Virus record (IMG/VR): IMGVR_UViG_2811995017_000004
Coordinates: 109,460 to 129,459 of that record
Reading direction: 5' to 3' (one strand)
Source of the DNA: an uncultured virus (IMG/VR IMGVR_UViG_2811995017_000004)
Lineage: Duplodnaviria > Heunggongvirae > Uroviricota > Caudoviricetes
Length of the DNA: 20,000 nucleotides
A program made the position numbers and the translations under genes. This document shows, in pieces, positions 9,660 to 19,097 of the stretch. Numbering within the stretch: position 1 is the stretch's first letter; each line of letters opens with the position of its first letter. The notes beneath the pieces were generated by a model. That model saw nothing but the letters and a program-made list of their open reading frames with translations, did not search any database and was not told the DNA's origin.

Positions 9660-10421
9660 GTGATAAGAGAGAGCCGTTACTTTTTCTTCGGAGATAGAAA
9701 ATCAACAGATATGGGGATTGAAAATGTCAATACTGAAGGCGGTTTAGTTGAAGAAACATTTCTAGCTACCTCTTCAATAAACGAGACAACCATAAAAGGA
9801 AATGACACTCCCTTTTATGAAGGAAAAAAACGCGATCCTAAACAATTCAACCTTAATTTTTATATTGTAGATTACTGGAATGATAAAAGACTCGCTGACA
9901 TTAAACGATGGCTGGATGTTGATACATACCAGCCTTTATCTTTCAGTGAAAACTTAGACATCGTTTATTATGCTATGCCTGTTGATACAAATGATTTAGT
10001 TCATAACGCAAGCAAAGAGGGCTATGTCAGGTTAACAATGCGATGCGATTCCCCTTATGCCTACAGTAGATCGATAACCACTCCATTGTACGATGCTTCT
10101 AAGGAAGACATTACAATTGAAATCAACAATAAAGGTGAATGCACCATTGTCCCATCGTTTAAAATTCAAAAGATTGGTAAAGGCGATGTTCAAATTGAAA
10201 ATCTAAGTAACTTCTCCTCCCCTTCTAAGTTTATTGATCTTGAGGATGGCGAAGTCATAACAGTTACAGGTGAAAAAGAGATTGTAGATTCATCAAAATA
10301 TGGAGACGAACGATACGACAATTTCAATGAAGAGTATCTTCAACTCGGTTATGGAATGAACCGAATTAGAGTGACAGGCAGATGTAAAATTCTTTTCAAC
10401 TATAGATTCAAATATCGTTAG
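9660..10421 (+). CDS. yomH: Distal tail (Dit)-like protein, YomH-like
   Basis: 253 aa directly after the TMP. Has CDSPYAYS and L..G.N.I.V.G motifs typical of siphophage Dit/tail family proteins. SD AAAGGATGTG. Confidence 0.8.
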   Translation: MIRESRYFFFGDRKSTDMGIENVNTEGGLVEETFLATSSINETTIKGNDTPFYEGKKRDPKQFNLNFYIVDYWNDKRLADIKRWLDVDTYQPLSFSENLDIVYYAMPVDTNDLVHNASKEGYVRLTMRCDSPYAYSRSITTPLYDASKEDITIEINNKGECTIVPSFKIQKIGKGDVQIENLSNFSSPSKFIDLEDGEVITVTGEKEIVDSSKYGDERYDNFNEEYLQLGYGMNRIRVTGRCKILFNYRFKYR

Positions 10422-10424
10422 GAG

Positions 10425-13064
10425 GTGTCGGTACTGTTTCAAGAGGTATCAAGATCATTCAATTTATTAAAGCCCAAACTTTCCCTAGCCAAAGCAAATA
10501 AAAAGAAAATCGCCAACCTGGTTGATGTCTCAAACGTTAATTTGACTATAAAGTTAGGCGAAATTAATGAGCTTTCCTTCACTGTGCCTTTGAAAATTGA
10601 GATAGACAAACAATGGGTAAAGAACCCCCATCTCAAGAGATTGAAGCTCCGAAGGCTGGTGAAATTGTCTGCTTATAATTTCAAGGATGAATGGTTTATC
10701 ATCAAAACTAAGCAAAAATCAGGGGCAGAGAATGAATCAGTTACATTTACCTGTATGTCTTTAGCTCATCAATTAAGCTACCGGAAAGTCAGAAGGTACG
10801 AAGTCACTTCCTATAACATGAAACAGGTAACTGATGATTGTTTTGCAAATACGAACTGGAAAGCCGGATATATCAATCCACTATTCAATGAAAAATTCAG
10901 GAGTTTTGATATCACATCTTCAACCAAGTTAGATTTCCTAATGAAAATTTGTGAAACGTTTGAAGCTGTTCCGGTGTTTGACACTATAGAAAAAAAGGTT
11001 CATTTCTATACTGAAGATGAAGCGTCAAAATATAAAGGAATGAGAATTAAGTACGGCCAATACTTAGACACCATTGAAGACACTGAGGAGCTTGAAGAAG
11101 TTTGCACCAGGCTTTATGTGACTGGTAAAGATGATCTTTCAATTAACGCGGCCAATCCAACCGGACAAGCATACATTGAAGATTTTACGTACTACCTCTA
11201 CCCTTTTGAACGAGACAAGGATCGAAATGTAATATCCCATAGCTATGAGATGAGTGATGAATTATGTCATGCCATTCTTGACTTTAATGAGTTCATCGAT
11301 TCTCAAACAGAAACGTTCTCCTCCCTTCTTGCTCGACAAACTGAAGAAGAAAAGAAATTGGCCAAATTGAAAGCTCAAAAGACGCAGCTTGATTTAGAGC
11401 TTCAAGTTATTTTGGATAAGATTGTAGTCGCAACTGAAGCGAAAGATCCCACTGCTGAATTGATTAAAGAAAGAAATGCGAAAGAAGCAGAGATTGCTGC
11501 TAAAAAGAATGAAATCAAAAACAGGGAGAATTTGATTGCCGATATTCAAAACAAAATTACACTTTTAAAGGGAAAATTAACCCTTGAAAGTCATCTTAGC
11601 AATGAACTCAAAGAAGAGTTGGCTGAGTTTATCAATGAGCAAGAATGGTCAAATGACAACCTATATGATGAAACTGACCTTTATGAAGCTGGTCTGGAGG
11701 AAATGAAGAAACGAAATACCCCACCAGTCAATATCACAATGAGCATCGTAAACTTCTTTGGCATCATAAGTGAACATCAAAACTGGAATCGGCTTTCTAT
11801 TGGGGATATTATTCGAGTTCAACACGACCGTTTAGGCATCGATGTTAAAACAAAAGTAATTGAAATGAGTTTTGATTTTGAATCTAATAAGATCAATTTG
11901 ACTATTTCAAACTCAAAACGTGTTGAGACTGTAAAAGAGAAAATGGTTAAGCTCGTTTATACCATAAATCACATCGACAATGATTATGCTGTTAGAAAAA
12001 TTGATTGGATGAAGACTGCGGAAAACTTCAACATCAGGAATGATCGAATTTCTACTCCTGTCGCAGCCCCTACGGTTAAATCAGATGGGACAGCGATCTC
12101 TCATGAATACAACGATAATGGATCGGTTGATATTGTTTTGAAATGGGAGTATCCAGAATCTGATGAAGATCAGTACAACATAGATGGATTTGAAGTATAT
12201 CTCTATTCCAGCGAATCATCTGATGAATATATTTTTGGTTCTAAGATGAGTCATGAGGAAATGGTAAATGTGAAGTATGATAAGCGTTCCTATAAATTCA
12301 CGGGATTAGCATCAAATAAATACTACACATTAGGTGTTAGAGCCTACCGTAGGGTTGATGCAGATATTGAAAGAGCAGGAATTATTCTTTCAGATATTGC
12401 TCAATCGAAACATGCTTCTGAAAACCCCTACCTCCCTTCTGCTATTGCTGAGGTCAAAGGGAGAGTGAATGGATTAATTCAAGCAGTTTCTGAGGTAAGA
12501 CCAGAAAATCCGGATGTAAACACTGTTTGGATTAATCCCAAAACGAATAAACAGGAACTTTACGACGGTGAAAAGTGGATTGAGCAATCCGTTACATCCG
12601 CTGAATCTTTGAATGGATACACTGCTGAAGTTGCATCAACTCCTAATACAATAGCTGTTCGAGATGAAACAGGAACAATTAATGCTTCAATTACAGGAAG
12701 TGCAACTCAACTCGGCGGTTATGATTCATCTGCGTATGTTCTTAAGTCTGATCTCCCCTCTTCTCCTCAATACGCAACAGGAGAGTACATCGGTGACGGA
12801 AAGCAAAGCAGATCAATTAGTTTAAACTTCATTCCTACTTTGGTCAAGATTTATTCTACTTCCCCTACTGATTCAACACTTATCATTCAAAACAGTTTAG
12901 GTGGCTACTCAATTCAAAATGGAGAAGCAGGTTCCTACCTTAAAGGCGGCGATAAAACATACGGGTCAATGAATTTGAATTATTTTATTACCGGCTCAGA
13001 CATCAACACACGCGGAAATAAGCTGAACGTTAAATATATTTGGGAAGCATTCAAACAAAATTAA
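10425..13064 (+). CDS. yomG: Tail spike/baseplate (Tal-like) protein with FN3-like domain, YomG-like
   Basis: 879-aa ORF with TRLYVTGKD, NPTGQ.YI.DF, an FN3-like segment (KWEY...GFEVYL...FTGLASNKYYTLGVRAY) and C-terminal RGNKLNVKYIWEA, as recalled for YomG. The true start may be CTG at 10434. Confidence 0.85.
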   Translation: MSVLFQEVSRSFNLLKPKLSLAKANKKKIANLVDVSNVNLTIKLGEINELSFTVPLKIEIDKQWVKNPHLKRLKLRRLVKLSAYNFKDEWFIIKTKQKSGAENESVTFTCMSLAHQLSYRKVRRYEVTSYNMKQVTDDCFANTNWKAGYINPLFNEKFRSFDITSSTKLDFLMKICETFEAVPVFDTIEKKVHFYTEDEASKYKGMRIKYGQYLDTIEDTEELEEVCTRLYVTGKDDLSINAANPTGQAYIEDFTYYLYPFERDKDRNVISHSYEMSDELCHAILDFNEFIDSQTETFSSLLARQTEEEKKLAKLKAQKTQLDLELQVILDKIVVATEAKDPTAELIKERNAKEAEIAAKKNEIKNRENLIADIQNKITLLKGKLTLESHLSNELKEELAEFINEQEWSNDNLYDETDLYEAGLEEMKKRNTPPVNITMSIVNFFGIISEHQNWNRLSIGDIIRVQHDRLGIDVKTKVIEMSFDFESNKINLTISNSKRVETVKEKMVKLVYTINHIDNDYAVRKIDWMKTAENFNIRNDRISTPVAAPTVKSDGTAISHEYNDNGSVDIVLKWEYPESDEDQYNIDGFEVYLYSSESSDEYIFGSKMSHEEMVNVKYDKRSYKFTGLASNKYYTLGVRAYRRVDADIERAGIILSDIAQSKHASENPYLPSAIAEVKGRVNGLIQAVSEVRPENPDVNTVWINPKTNKQELYDGEKWIEQSVTSAESLNGYTAEVASTPNTIAVRDETGTINASITGSATQLGGYDSSAYVLKSDLPSSPQYATGEYIGDGKQSRSISLNFIPTLVKIYSTSPTDSTLIIQNSLGGYSIQNGEAGSYLKGGDKTYGSMNLNYFITGSDINTRGNKLNVKYIWEAFKQN

Positions 13065-13079
13065 TACGGAGGTGATCAT

Positions 13080-13877
13080 TTGGAAGATACTGCAAAACTT
13101 TATAATGATCCTATTCTTTCTAAGAAGAGAAAAGGATCGATTGATGATCCTTACCAGCTTTACAATGAAACACAGGTGGTTTATAACGGAAAAGCTCAAT
13201 TAACCGAAGTCCCCAACAGAGAAATGAGAGTTGAAGTCACTGGGGACGACAAAGTGTGGAAAGAAGTTGAAGACGGTGAGTTACAAGACGACTACTTTAG
13301 GGTTGATTACCTTAATGGAGTTGTCTATTTTAATGCCTCAAATGAAGGGAAATCTCTTCAATTCAAATACAGCGGCGAAGGTGCTTATTACTTCCCAGGC
13401 TCACGTATTTGGACAAAACGCGACGGAAATGAAGTTGTTGAAACACTCGACTCATTGACTGAAAGAACACGAAAAGCGACAGAAGAATGCGAAGAAGCAA
13501 CTGAGGAATCAAGAGAAGTTACAAAATGGACTAAGTATGCTACTTCAGATTATGAAGATGTGGTGGCTAACACAAGGAAGATATACCTCCCTAAAGTTTA
13601 TACATACACAGATATCATGACTACATATCCAAACCCTCAAATCGGATGGACAGTTGTAACCGAGGACACACACATTGAATGGAGATGGGATGGGTTTGAT
13701 TGGATCGATATAGGTGTGTCAGATGCCTATGATGGATTCAATGTAATCGTCAGTGAAGTCCCTCCTAACAATGTTAATCACTTATGGCTCCAAGCACCTG
13801 TCTCTCCATTTGCAGCAAGAATCAAAAAATCAGAGACTGCTCCCCTTACCAATCAAATATGGCTCAAGATCGAATAG
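13080..13877 (+). CDS. yomF: Phage tail/baseplate protein, YomF-like
   Basis: 265 aa, SD GGAGGTG and TTG start, syntenic position after yomG. Confidence 0.7.
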   Translation: MEDTAKLYNDPILSKKRKGSIDDPYQLYNETQVVYNGKAQLTEVPNREMRVEVTGDDKVWKEVEDGELQDDYFRVDYLNGVVYFNASNEGKSLQFKYSGEGAYYFPGSRIWTKRDGNEVVETLDSLTERTRKATEECEEATEESREVTKWTKYATSDYEDVVANTRKIYLPKVYTYTDIMTTYPNPQIGWTVVTEDTHIEWRWDGFDWIDIGVSDAYDGFNVIVSEVPPNNVNHLWLQAPVSPFAARIKKSETAPLTNQIWLKIE

Positions 13878-13895
13878 CAATTCAGGAGGTATATA

Positions 13896-16460
13896 ATGAA
13901 TTATTTAAAATATTATGATCCACTCTTGGAAAAGTGGGTCTCTATTGAACTTGAAGCAATAAGCTCAGACGGGGAAAGATGGACAGCCCCAATGATTACA
14001 GAAAAATTTAAAGAAGTATTAGGCAATATCGGCGACGTTAAACAAGATATCATCAATGTCAAAATTGAATTTCAAAAAGAAATCACCAATGTTTCGGATA
14101 AGATCAGCAACGTCGAAAAGATTATTGGTGATGTATCAAAGTTTAAGGTTATTGGTGACACCCTAGTTGATAAAATCATTAATGAATTCAATATGAGAAG
14201 TGTTAATGTTAAAGATTTTGGAGCAAAAGGAGACGGAGTAACTGACGATACCGCTGCGTTTGAGAAAGCTATAGGAAGTGGATTTTCAAGTATTTACGTT
14301 CCTGATGGCACATACATGGTCAAAGGAGTTAAACTTCCCTCTTTCACAAAACTTTATGGCAATGGTATGAAGTCAGTGATCAAACTTCATCCTGATACCC
14401 CTCCTACTACACATGTCATTACAAACAAAGATTATACAAATGGTAACTCATATATCCAGATCGAAAATCTGCTTGTTGATTGGAATTTAAATAAAAAAGA
14501 CAACAAGATTGGATCGGGGCCAAATGCAAGCTGCGTAAACATCACTAACAGTCAATTTGTTTGGATTAATAAAGTTCACGCAAAAGATGCTGGTCTTCAT
14601 GGTTTTGATGTCACCTCTCCAAAGTACAACTCTTCCTCAGATGGTGCTGAATACTATCAGCCTAAAGGTTCCAAGTACGTTTGGATCGACAATTGTACAG
14701 CTTGGAACTTCGGGGATGACGGGTTCACAACTCACTTTTCTGACTACATTTTCTTTTCAAATTGTTATTCATATGATGGAAATGGTTCGGCTCACCGTGC
14801 TGGAGGCAGTAACACAAATGGTTTTGAGATCGATGATGGTTCTAAACATGCATGGCTTATGAACTGTCATAGTAGAAAAAATTGCAGAGGTTTTGAAGTA
14901 AAAGCGCACGCTTTAGCACCTGCAGCCCAAGATGTTCATTTTGTAAATTGTTCCTCTGAGAATGATATTCGAGGCTTTGACTTCAGACATATTGGATTCC
15001 ACCGCGCTTCAGATCCAGTTTCAAAAAGTGCTTTTAATGTTAGTGCTACAAATTGTAGAGTTCTTAACCCTATTTTCAACAGCTTGTATGAAGGACTGTC
15101 CCCTAGAGCCTTGGTAATCTCCGCATTTCGCAATGTAAATATAAACAACTTCACAGCAATTGGAGATCCCTCTTATGACTACAAAGGAAATCCTGCAATT
15201 GCAACTCAATTTAAATCTAGAAACATTAATTTAAACAATATTTCCGTTTCTGGCTTCAAGACGGCTGAAGCAGACATTTACGTGATCGGAGGAAGTCAAA
15301 AATCTGACAACGTAAATATAAGCAATATCAATTCCTTTGAATCAGCGAGAGTCGGTGTAAGAATCGGCAGCAAAACAGAGAATGTAAAATTAACCAATGC
15401 AAGCTTAATCGGGTATGGTCGGAAAGATAGTGTTGGTGTTTATTGCTCGAATTCTCAAGCTTACATATTTGGAGTCACTGCTGAAAAGTATGGCAAAGCT
15501 TCAACAATCGCTGGCTATGATTACTCATATGTTCCAAACAACTTTAAAGGTGGGACAAGAGCTGCCACTACTTCTGGACATGTTAAAACATCGACGGGTT
15601 TTATCGCCGCTTCTTCAGGTACGCCAGAAGTTACTGGAGAAGCATCTGCAGCTATTGGAACAACTGGAGGAGCAAAGGCTAAAGGAGTTCGAACAGGGGT
15701 TTATTCTTCATCTGGCGGAAGCTCTGTTGATGGTTCCCGTAGCACAGTCATGTCTTCGAATGATTCCCATATTGAAGGTGAAAATGTCTCTAGAACCATT
15801 CTGTCTTCTGGTGGGGTTAAGCTCGGAGCAAATGATCGCTATATGGTTGTTGGCGGATATGGAGAAACCCCTTCACGTTCAAATATAAAGTGGATGCTTA
15901 ACTCTATGAATGGAGACATCTCCGCCACAGGGAAGATCAATGGTGGAGCAACATTCAGTGACTACGCGGAGTATTTTGAAAGCCTTGATGGCAAAAGCAT
16001 ACCTTCTGGAACCATCGTTACCCTTGAAAAAAATAAAATAAGACCTGCTCAAAAATCTGAATTTATGCTCGGCGTTATATCTGAAACAGCAGGAACTGTA
16101 CTTGGAAGCGCTGAGGTTTATTGGAAAGATCGTTATTTAAAAAATGAGTTCGGCGGTCTTATTTATGAAGATGTTCTTGATGAAAAAACAGGCGAATACG
16201 TCAAAATGCCTGTTGAAAACCCTGAATGGAAGTCAAAAAAAGATTATATACCAAGAGAACAAAGACCTGAATGGAATATCGTAGGACTTGTTGGACAGGT
16301 GTATATTCGCATTGATGGAACTGTCGAAGTTGGAGATTGCATTGAAGCAAATAACGGAATAGCTACAAAATCAGAGAACTCCACTTGGAGAGTTATGGAG
16401 ATTACAAAACCATACTTTAAAAAGGATGGATATGGAGTGGCAATTTGCTTTATTAGATAA
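13896..16460 (+). CDS. Receptor-binding appendage/tailspike: pectin-lyase-like beta-helix plus C-terminal peptidase G2 autocleaving chaperone (phi29 gp12-like)
   Basis: VNVKDFGAKGDGVTDDT beta-helix start. FGDDGFTTH, NGFEIDDGS, KAHALAPAA and FRHIG motifs. C-terminal S|DYAEYFES.DG, GVISETAG, LKNEFGG, EW..VGL.GQ and GYGVAI, as recalled for phi29 gp12. Confidence 0.88.
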   Translation: MNYLKYYDPLLEKWVSIELEAISSDGERWTAPMITEKFKEVLGNIGDVKQDIINVKIEFQKEITNVSDKISNVEKIIGDVSKFKVIGDTLVDKIINEFNMRSVNVKDFGAKGDGVTDDTAAFEKAIGSGFSSIYVPDGTYMVKGVKLPSFTKLYGNGMKSVIKLHPDTPPTTHVITNKDYTNGNSYIQIENLLVDWNLNKKDNKIGSGPNASCVNITNSQFVWINKVHAKDAGLHGFDVTSPKYNSSSDGAEYYQPKGSKYVWIDNCTAWNFGDDGFTTHFSDYIFFSNCYSYDGNGSAHRAGGSNTNGFEIDDGSKHAWLMNCHSRKNCRGFEVKAHALAPAAQDVHFVNCSSENDIRGFDFRHIGFHRASDPVSKSAFNVSATNCRVLNPIFNSLYEGLSPRALVISAFRNVNINNFTAIGDPSYDYKGNPAIATQFKSRNINLNNISVSGFKTAEADIYVIGGSQKSDNVNISNINSFESARVGVRIGSKTENVKLTNASLIGYGRKDSVGVYCSNSQAYIFGVTAEKYGKASTIAGYDYSYVPNNFKGGTRAATTSGHVKTSTGFIAASSGTPEVTGEASAAIGTTGGAKAKGVRTGVYSSSGGSSVDGSRSTVMSSNDSHIEGENVSRTILSSGGVKLGANDRYMVVGGYGETPSRSNIKWMLNSMNGDISATGKINGGATFSDYAEYFESLDGKSIPSGTIVTLEKNKIRPAQKSEFMLGVISETAGTVLGSAEVYWKDRYLKNEFGGLIYEDVLDEKTGEYVKMPVENPEWKSKKDYIPREQRPEWNIVGLVGQVYIRIDGTVEVGDCIEANNGIATKSENSTWRVMEITKPYFKKDGYGVAICFIR

Positions 16461-16485
16461 GTCGCTTGGACGATTGGAGGTTCAG

Positions 16486-16644
16486 ATGAATACATTAAGT
16501 TTCTACAACAAAAAGAAAGATAAATGGGAAGACATCTACACTGTTGCGGTCACAGATGGGAAAAACATTCTCACCGCATCTGAATTGTTTGAGAGATTGA
16601 AAACTTTAGAGGATGAAGTTGCTAAGCTAAAAGGTAAGACTTAA
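16486..16644 (+). CDS. Small protein (52 aa) resembling the N-terminus of the upstream appendage protein, with a coiled-coil end
   Basis: SD GGAGG at 16476-80 places the start at ATG 16486, not 16426. Sequence MNTLSFYNKKKDKWEDIYTVAVTDGKNILTASELFERLKTLEDEVAKLKGKT. Confidence 0.75.
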   Translation: MNTLSFYNKKKDKWEDIYTVAVTDGKNILTASELFERLKTLEDEVAKLKGKT

Positions 16645-16734
16645 AGGAGGTGATTCAATTTTAAATAAAATTTAGATTTCATTCAAATTACATATTAGCA
16701 AAACAGAGAAAACAAGAGCATATGTGAGAACGAG

Positions 16735-16764
16735 AGAGATTGGTAAACAGCCAGTCTCTTTTTT
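16735..16764 (+). terminator. Intrinsic terminator between tail and lysis genes
   Basis: AGAGATTGG-taaacag-CCAGTCTCT followed by TTTTT. Confidence 0.7.
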
Positions 16765-16795
16765 AATGCTCAAAAACAAACAGGAGTGATTTAAT

Positions 16796-17884
16796 TTGGT
16801 TAAAGTCGTAAAAAATTTTGTGAAAGTCAATCAATACACTCGTCCAGGTCTAAAGCTTTCTGGCGTTAAAGGAATTGTAATGCACTGGACTGCAACTCCA
16901 GGAGCTAGTGCGTTAAATGAGCGAAATTATTTCAATGGTACATGTATTGCTGACAAACGTTATGCTTCTGCTCATTACTTTGTAGATAGAAATGAAGCGC
17001 AATATATTATTCCTGAAAATGAAATGGCTTATCATGCACACGATCAAAACCGCTGCTTTGTGAGCTTCCTGAAGCCGAATGCGAACCAAACATCGATTTC
17101 CGTTGAAATGTGCGTGGAGAAAAACGGCACCATTCATGATGAAACTGTGCAGAATGCTGCTGAATTGGTTGCTGATCTTTGTAAAAGATTCAAATTGTCT
17201 ACAGATAAAATCGTCCGTCATTACGATGTCACAAATAAAAGCTGCCCTGCTCCTTGGGTAAGTGACTCAAGCAAGCTGGCAGCATTTCGCAAAAAAGTTG
17301 ATGGACTGCTCGGAAACAAAACTGTTTCAAATTCTACAGCTCCCTCTAGTAAAGGTTCTTCCTCCTCTACTGCTGCAAGTGGCTCCCTGAAATCAAAAGT
17401 TAATGGTCTTCGCTTTTATTCTAAACCTTCTTGGGAAGACAGAGATGTTGTTGGTACAGTGAATAAAGGCTATGGTTTCCCTACTGTTGTTGAAAAAGTT
17501 AAGGTTGGAAGTGCTTATCAGTACAAAGTTAAAAACTCTAAAGGAGCAACATATTACATTACTGCATCTGATAAATATGTTGAACTTTCAGGCAATGTGA
17601 AGACTGCCTCCTCCCCTTCTAAATCAACAGCAACAAAATCTAGCTCTCGATCTTCTTCCATTAAATCTGTAGGGAAAATTAAAATTGTTGGAGTGTCAAA
17701 TGCTGCAATTGTCATGGACAAACCTGATCGTAACAACTCAAAGAATATCGGAACAGTTAAACTTGGCAGCAAAATTGACATTTCTGGATCAGTGAAGGGG
17801 AAAAATAACCCTAAAGGCTATTGGGAAGTCATTTACAATGGCAGACGCGGTTATGTTTCAGGTCAGTTTGGTACAAGAGTCTAA
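16796..17884 (+). CDS. blyA: Endolysin: N-acetylmuramoyl-L-alanine amidase with C-terminal cell-wall-binding domains
   Basis: Amidase_2 motifs IVMHWT, ASAHYFVD, AYHA, ISVEMC and IVRHYDVTNKSCP. Ser-rich linkers and SH3-like C-terminal domains (LRFYSKPSWED, YWEVIYNGRRGYVSGQFG), as recalled for SPbeta BlyA. Confidence 0.92.
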   Translation: MVKVVKNFVKVNQYTRPGLKLSGVKGIVMHWTATPGASALNERNYFNGTCIADKRYASAHYFVDRNEAQYIIPENEMAYHAHDQNRCFVSFLKPNANQTSISVEMCVEKNGTIHDETVQNAAELVADLCKRFKLSTDKIVRHYDVTNKSCPAPWVSDSSKLAAFRKKVDGLLGNKTVSNSTAPSSKGSSSSTAASGSLKSKVNGLRFYSKPSWEDRDVVGTVNKGYGFPTVVEKVKVGSAYQYKVKNSKGATYYITASDKYVELSGNVKTASSPSKSTATKSSSRSSSIKSVGKIKIVGVSNAAIVMDKPDRNNSKNIGTVKLGSKIDISGSVKGKNNPKGYWEVIYNGRRGYVSGQFGTRV

Positions 17885-18015
17885 TTGATTTTTAAATATC
17901 TTTAAGGATATTTGTTGATCTAAATTTATCAATGAATATCCTCTATTTCTTTTGGAGGTGAACAACGTGGGATGACGTACACCTTCTTTATTAAGGATAA
18001 AGGACGGTTGAATTT

Positions 18016-18402
18016 GTGGCAGAAGTAGATGTAAATACACGATTAAGTGTATTAGAAGAAAAAATGAAAAATCATCAAGAAAAAATTACAAATTTAGAAG
18101 CAAGAACTGAAGACATGAGCCGACTAACAACTCTTATGGAACAACAAATCGAAATAAACAAAGATACCCAAAAACAATCGCGAGAACAATTTGTCACATT
18201 GACTGAGATGAATAACAGCTTAAAAAATTTAAGTAAATCATATGAAAAGCTCGATAATCGAGTGGGCATTCTTGAGCAATCAGATTCCAATAGAAAAATC
18301 GACCCAGGTCAGTTCGGTAAAGATCTTATGTACAAAGTTTTGCCAACCGTGATTGCAACATTAGTCGGTGCATGGTTGCTTATACATTTTGGACTTAAAT
18401 AA
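18016..18402 (+). CDS. Holin-associated protein (coiled coil plus C-terminal TM helix; XhlA/BhlA-like role)
   Basis: Coiled-coil N-terminus and one C-terminal hydrophobic segment (VLPTVIATLVGAWLLIHFGL). Lies between endolysin and holin. Confidence 0.7.
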   Translation: MAEVDVNTRLSVLEEKMKNHQEKITNLEARTEDMSRLTTLMEQQIEINKDTQKQSREQFVTLTEMNNSLKNLSKSYEKLDNRVGILEQSDSNRKIDPGQFGKDLMYKVLPTVIATLVGAWLLIHFGLK

Positions 18403-18420
18403 GAAAAGGAGATTGATATT

Positions 18421-18675
18421 ATGACTAAAATCAACTGGAAAGTAAGACTTAAAAAGAAAACATTCCTTGTAGCAATTTTCTCCGCAACACTTTTATTTGT
18501 TCAATCAATCGCTGCAGCATTTGGATATGATTTGACTGCATTTGGCAATGACCTTACGGAGAAATTTAATGCCTTCCTTGCGTTTTTGACTGCAATGGGC
18601 ATTATCGTTGATCCAACAACTAAAGGTATCTCTGACAGCGAACAAGCAATGGATTATGAAAAACCAAGAGAATAA
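18421..18675 (+). CDS. Holin, phi LC3 family
   Basis: INWKVRLK N-terminus, two TM segments and the GIIVDPTTKGISDS signature. SD AAAGGAG. Confidence 0.9.
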   Translation: MTKINWKVRLKKKTFLVAIFSATLLFVQSIAAAFGYDLTAFGNDLTEKFNAFLAFLTAMGIIVDPTTKGISDSEQAMDYEKPRE

Positions 18676-18693
18676 TCGTAAAGGGTTGATTTG

Positions 18694-19002
18694 ATGAAAA
18701 CAACAATTACATACTCCCCCTATCCTTCAAATTTTTCGGAAGTCAAAATTGACACTGGTGAAGATAAATTTATAACGCTTCGTCTTGTTATTCCTCCTGT
18801 GGTTTCAGATGATGATGCTGCTTCTCCTGATAATTCGAATACAGAGAATAATGCAACTCAAACATCAACAAATACGTTGATGGAGCCTATTTTAAAATTT
18901 GAAGTTAACGATGGGATAGCAACTGAACAGGTTATGGATATGAACAAAGAGGACGCAACGGTTTTGTTGCAGGTGATTAGAGATTTTTTAAAACAAATGT
19001 AA
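18694..19002 (+). CDS. Hypothetical protein (~102 aa)
   Basis: Open frame after the holin with SD-like AAAGGGT (start TTG 18691 or ATG 18694), followed by a terminator. No family recognised. Confidence 0.7.
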   Translation: MKTTITYSPYPSNFSEVKIDTGEDKFITLRLVIPPVVSDDDAASPDNSNTENNATQTSTNTLMEPILKFEVNDGIATEQVMDMNKEDATVLLQVIRDFLKQM

Positions 19003-19010
19003 CTCAGCAT

Positions 19011-19040
19011 AGAGGGGACTTTCCCCCTCTTCTTTTTTAT
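19011..19040 (+). terminator. Intrinsic terminator ending the lysis operon
   Basis: AGAGGGG-actttc-CCCCTCT followed by TCTTTTTT. Confidence 0.8.
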
Positions 19041-19095
19041 TATCTAGAGGTAACATTTCGGTTCAGCCAACAAATTTTACCTCTAGATAATAAAA
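19035..19095. repeat. Perfect 19-bp inverted repeat with 23-bp spacer
   Basis: TTTTATTATCTAGAGGTAA (19035-53) and TTACCTCTAGATAATAAAA (19077-95). Confidence 0.9.
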
Positions 19096-19097
19096 TT

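Noticed and set aside
16426..16485. ORF-track start at 16426
   Set aside because: It overlaps the upstream gene. The GGAGG SD supports ATG 16486.
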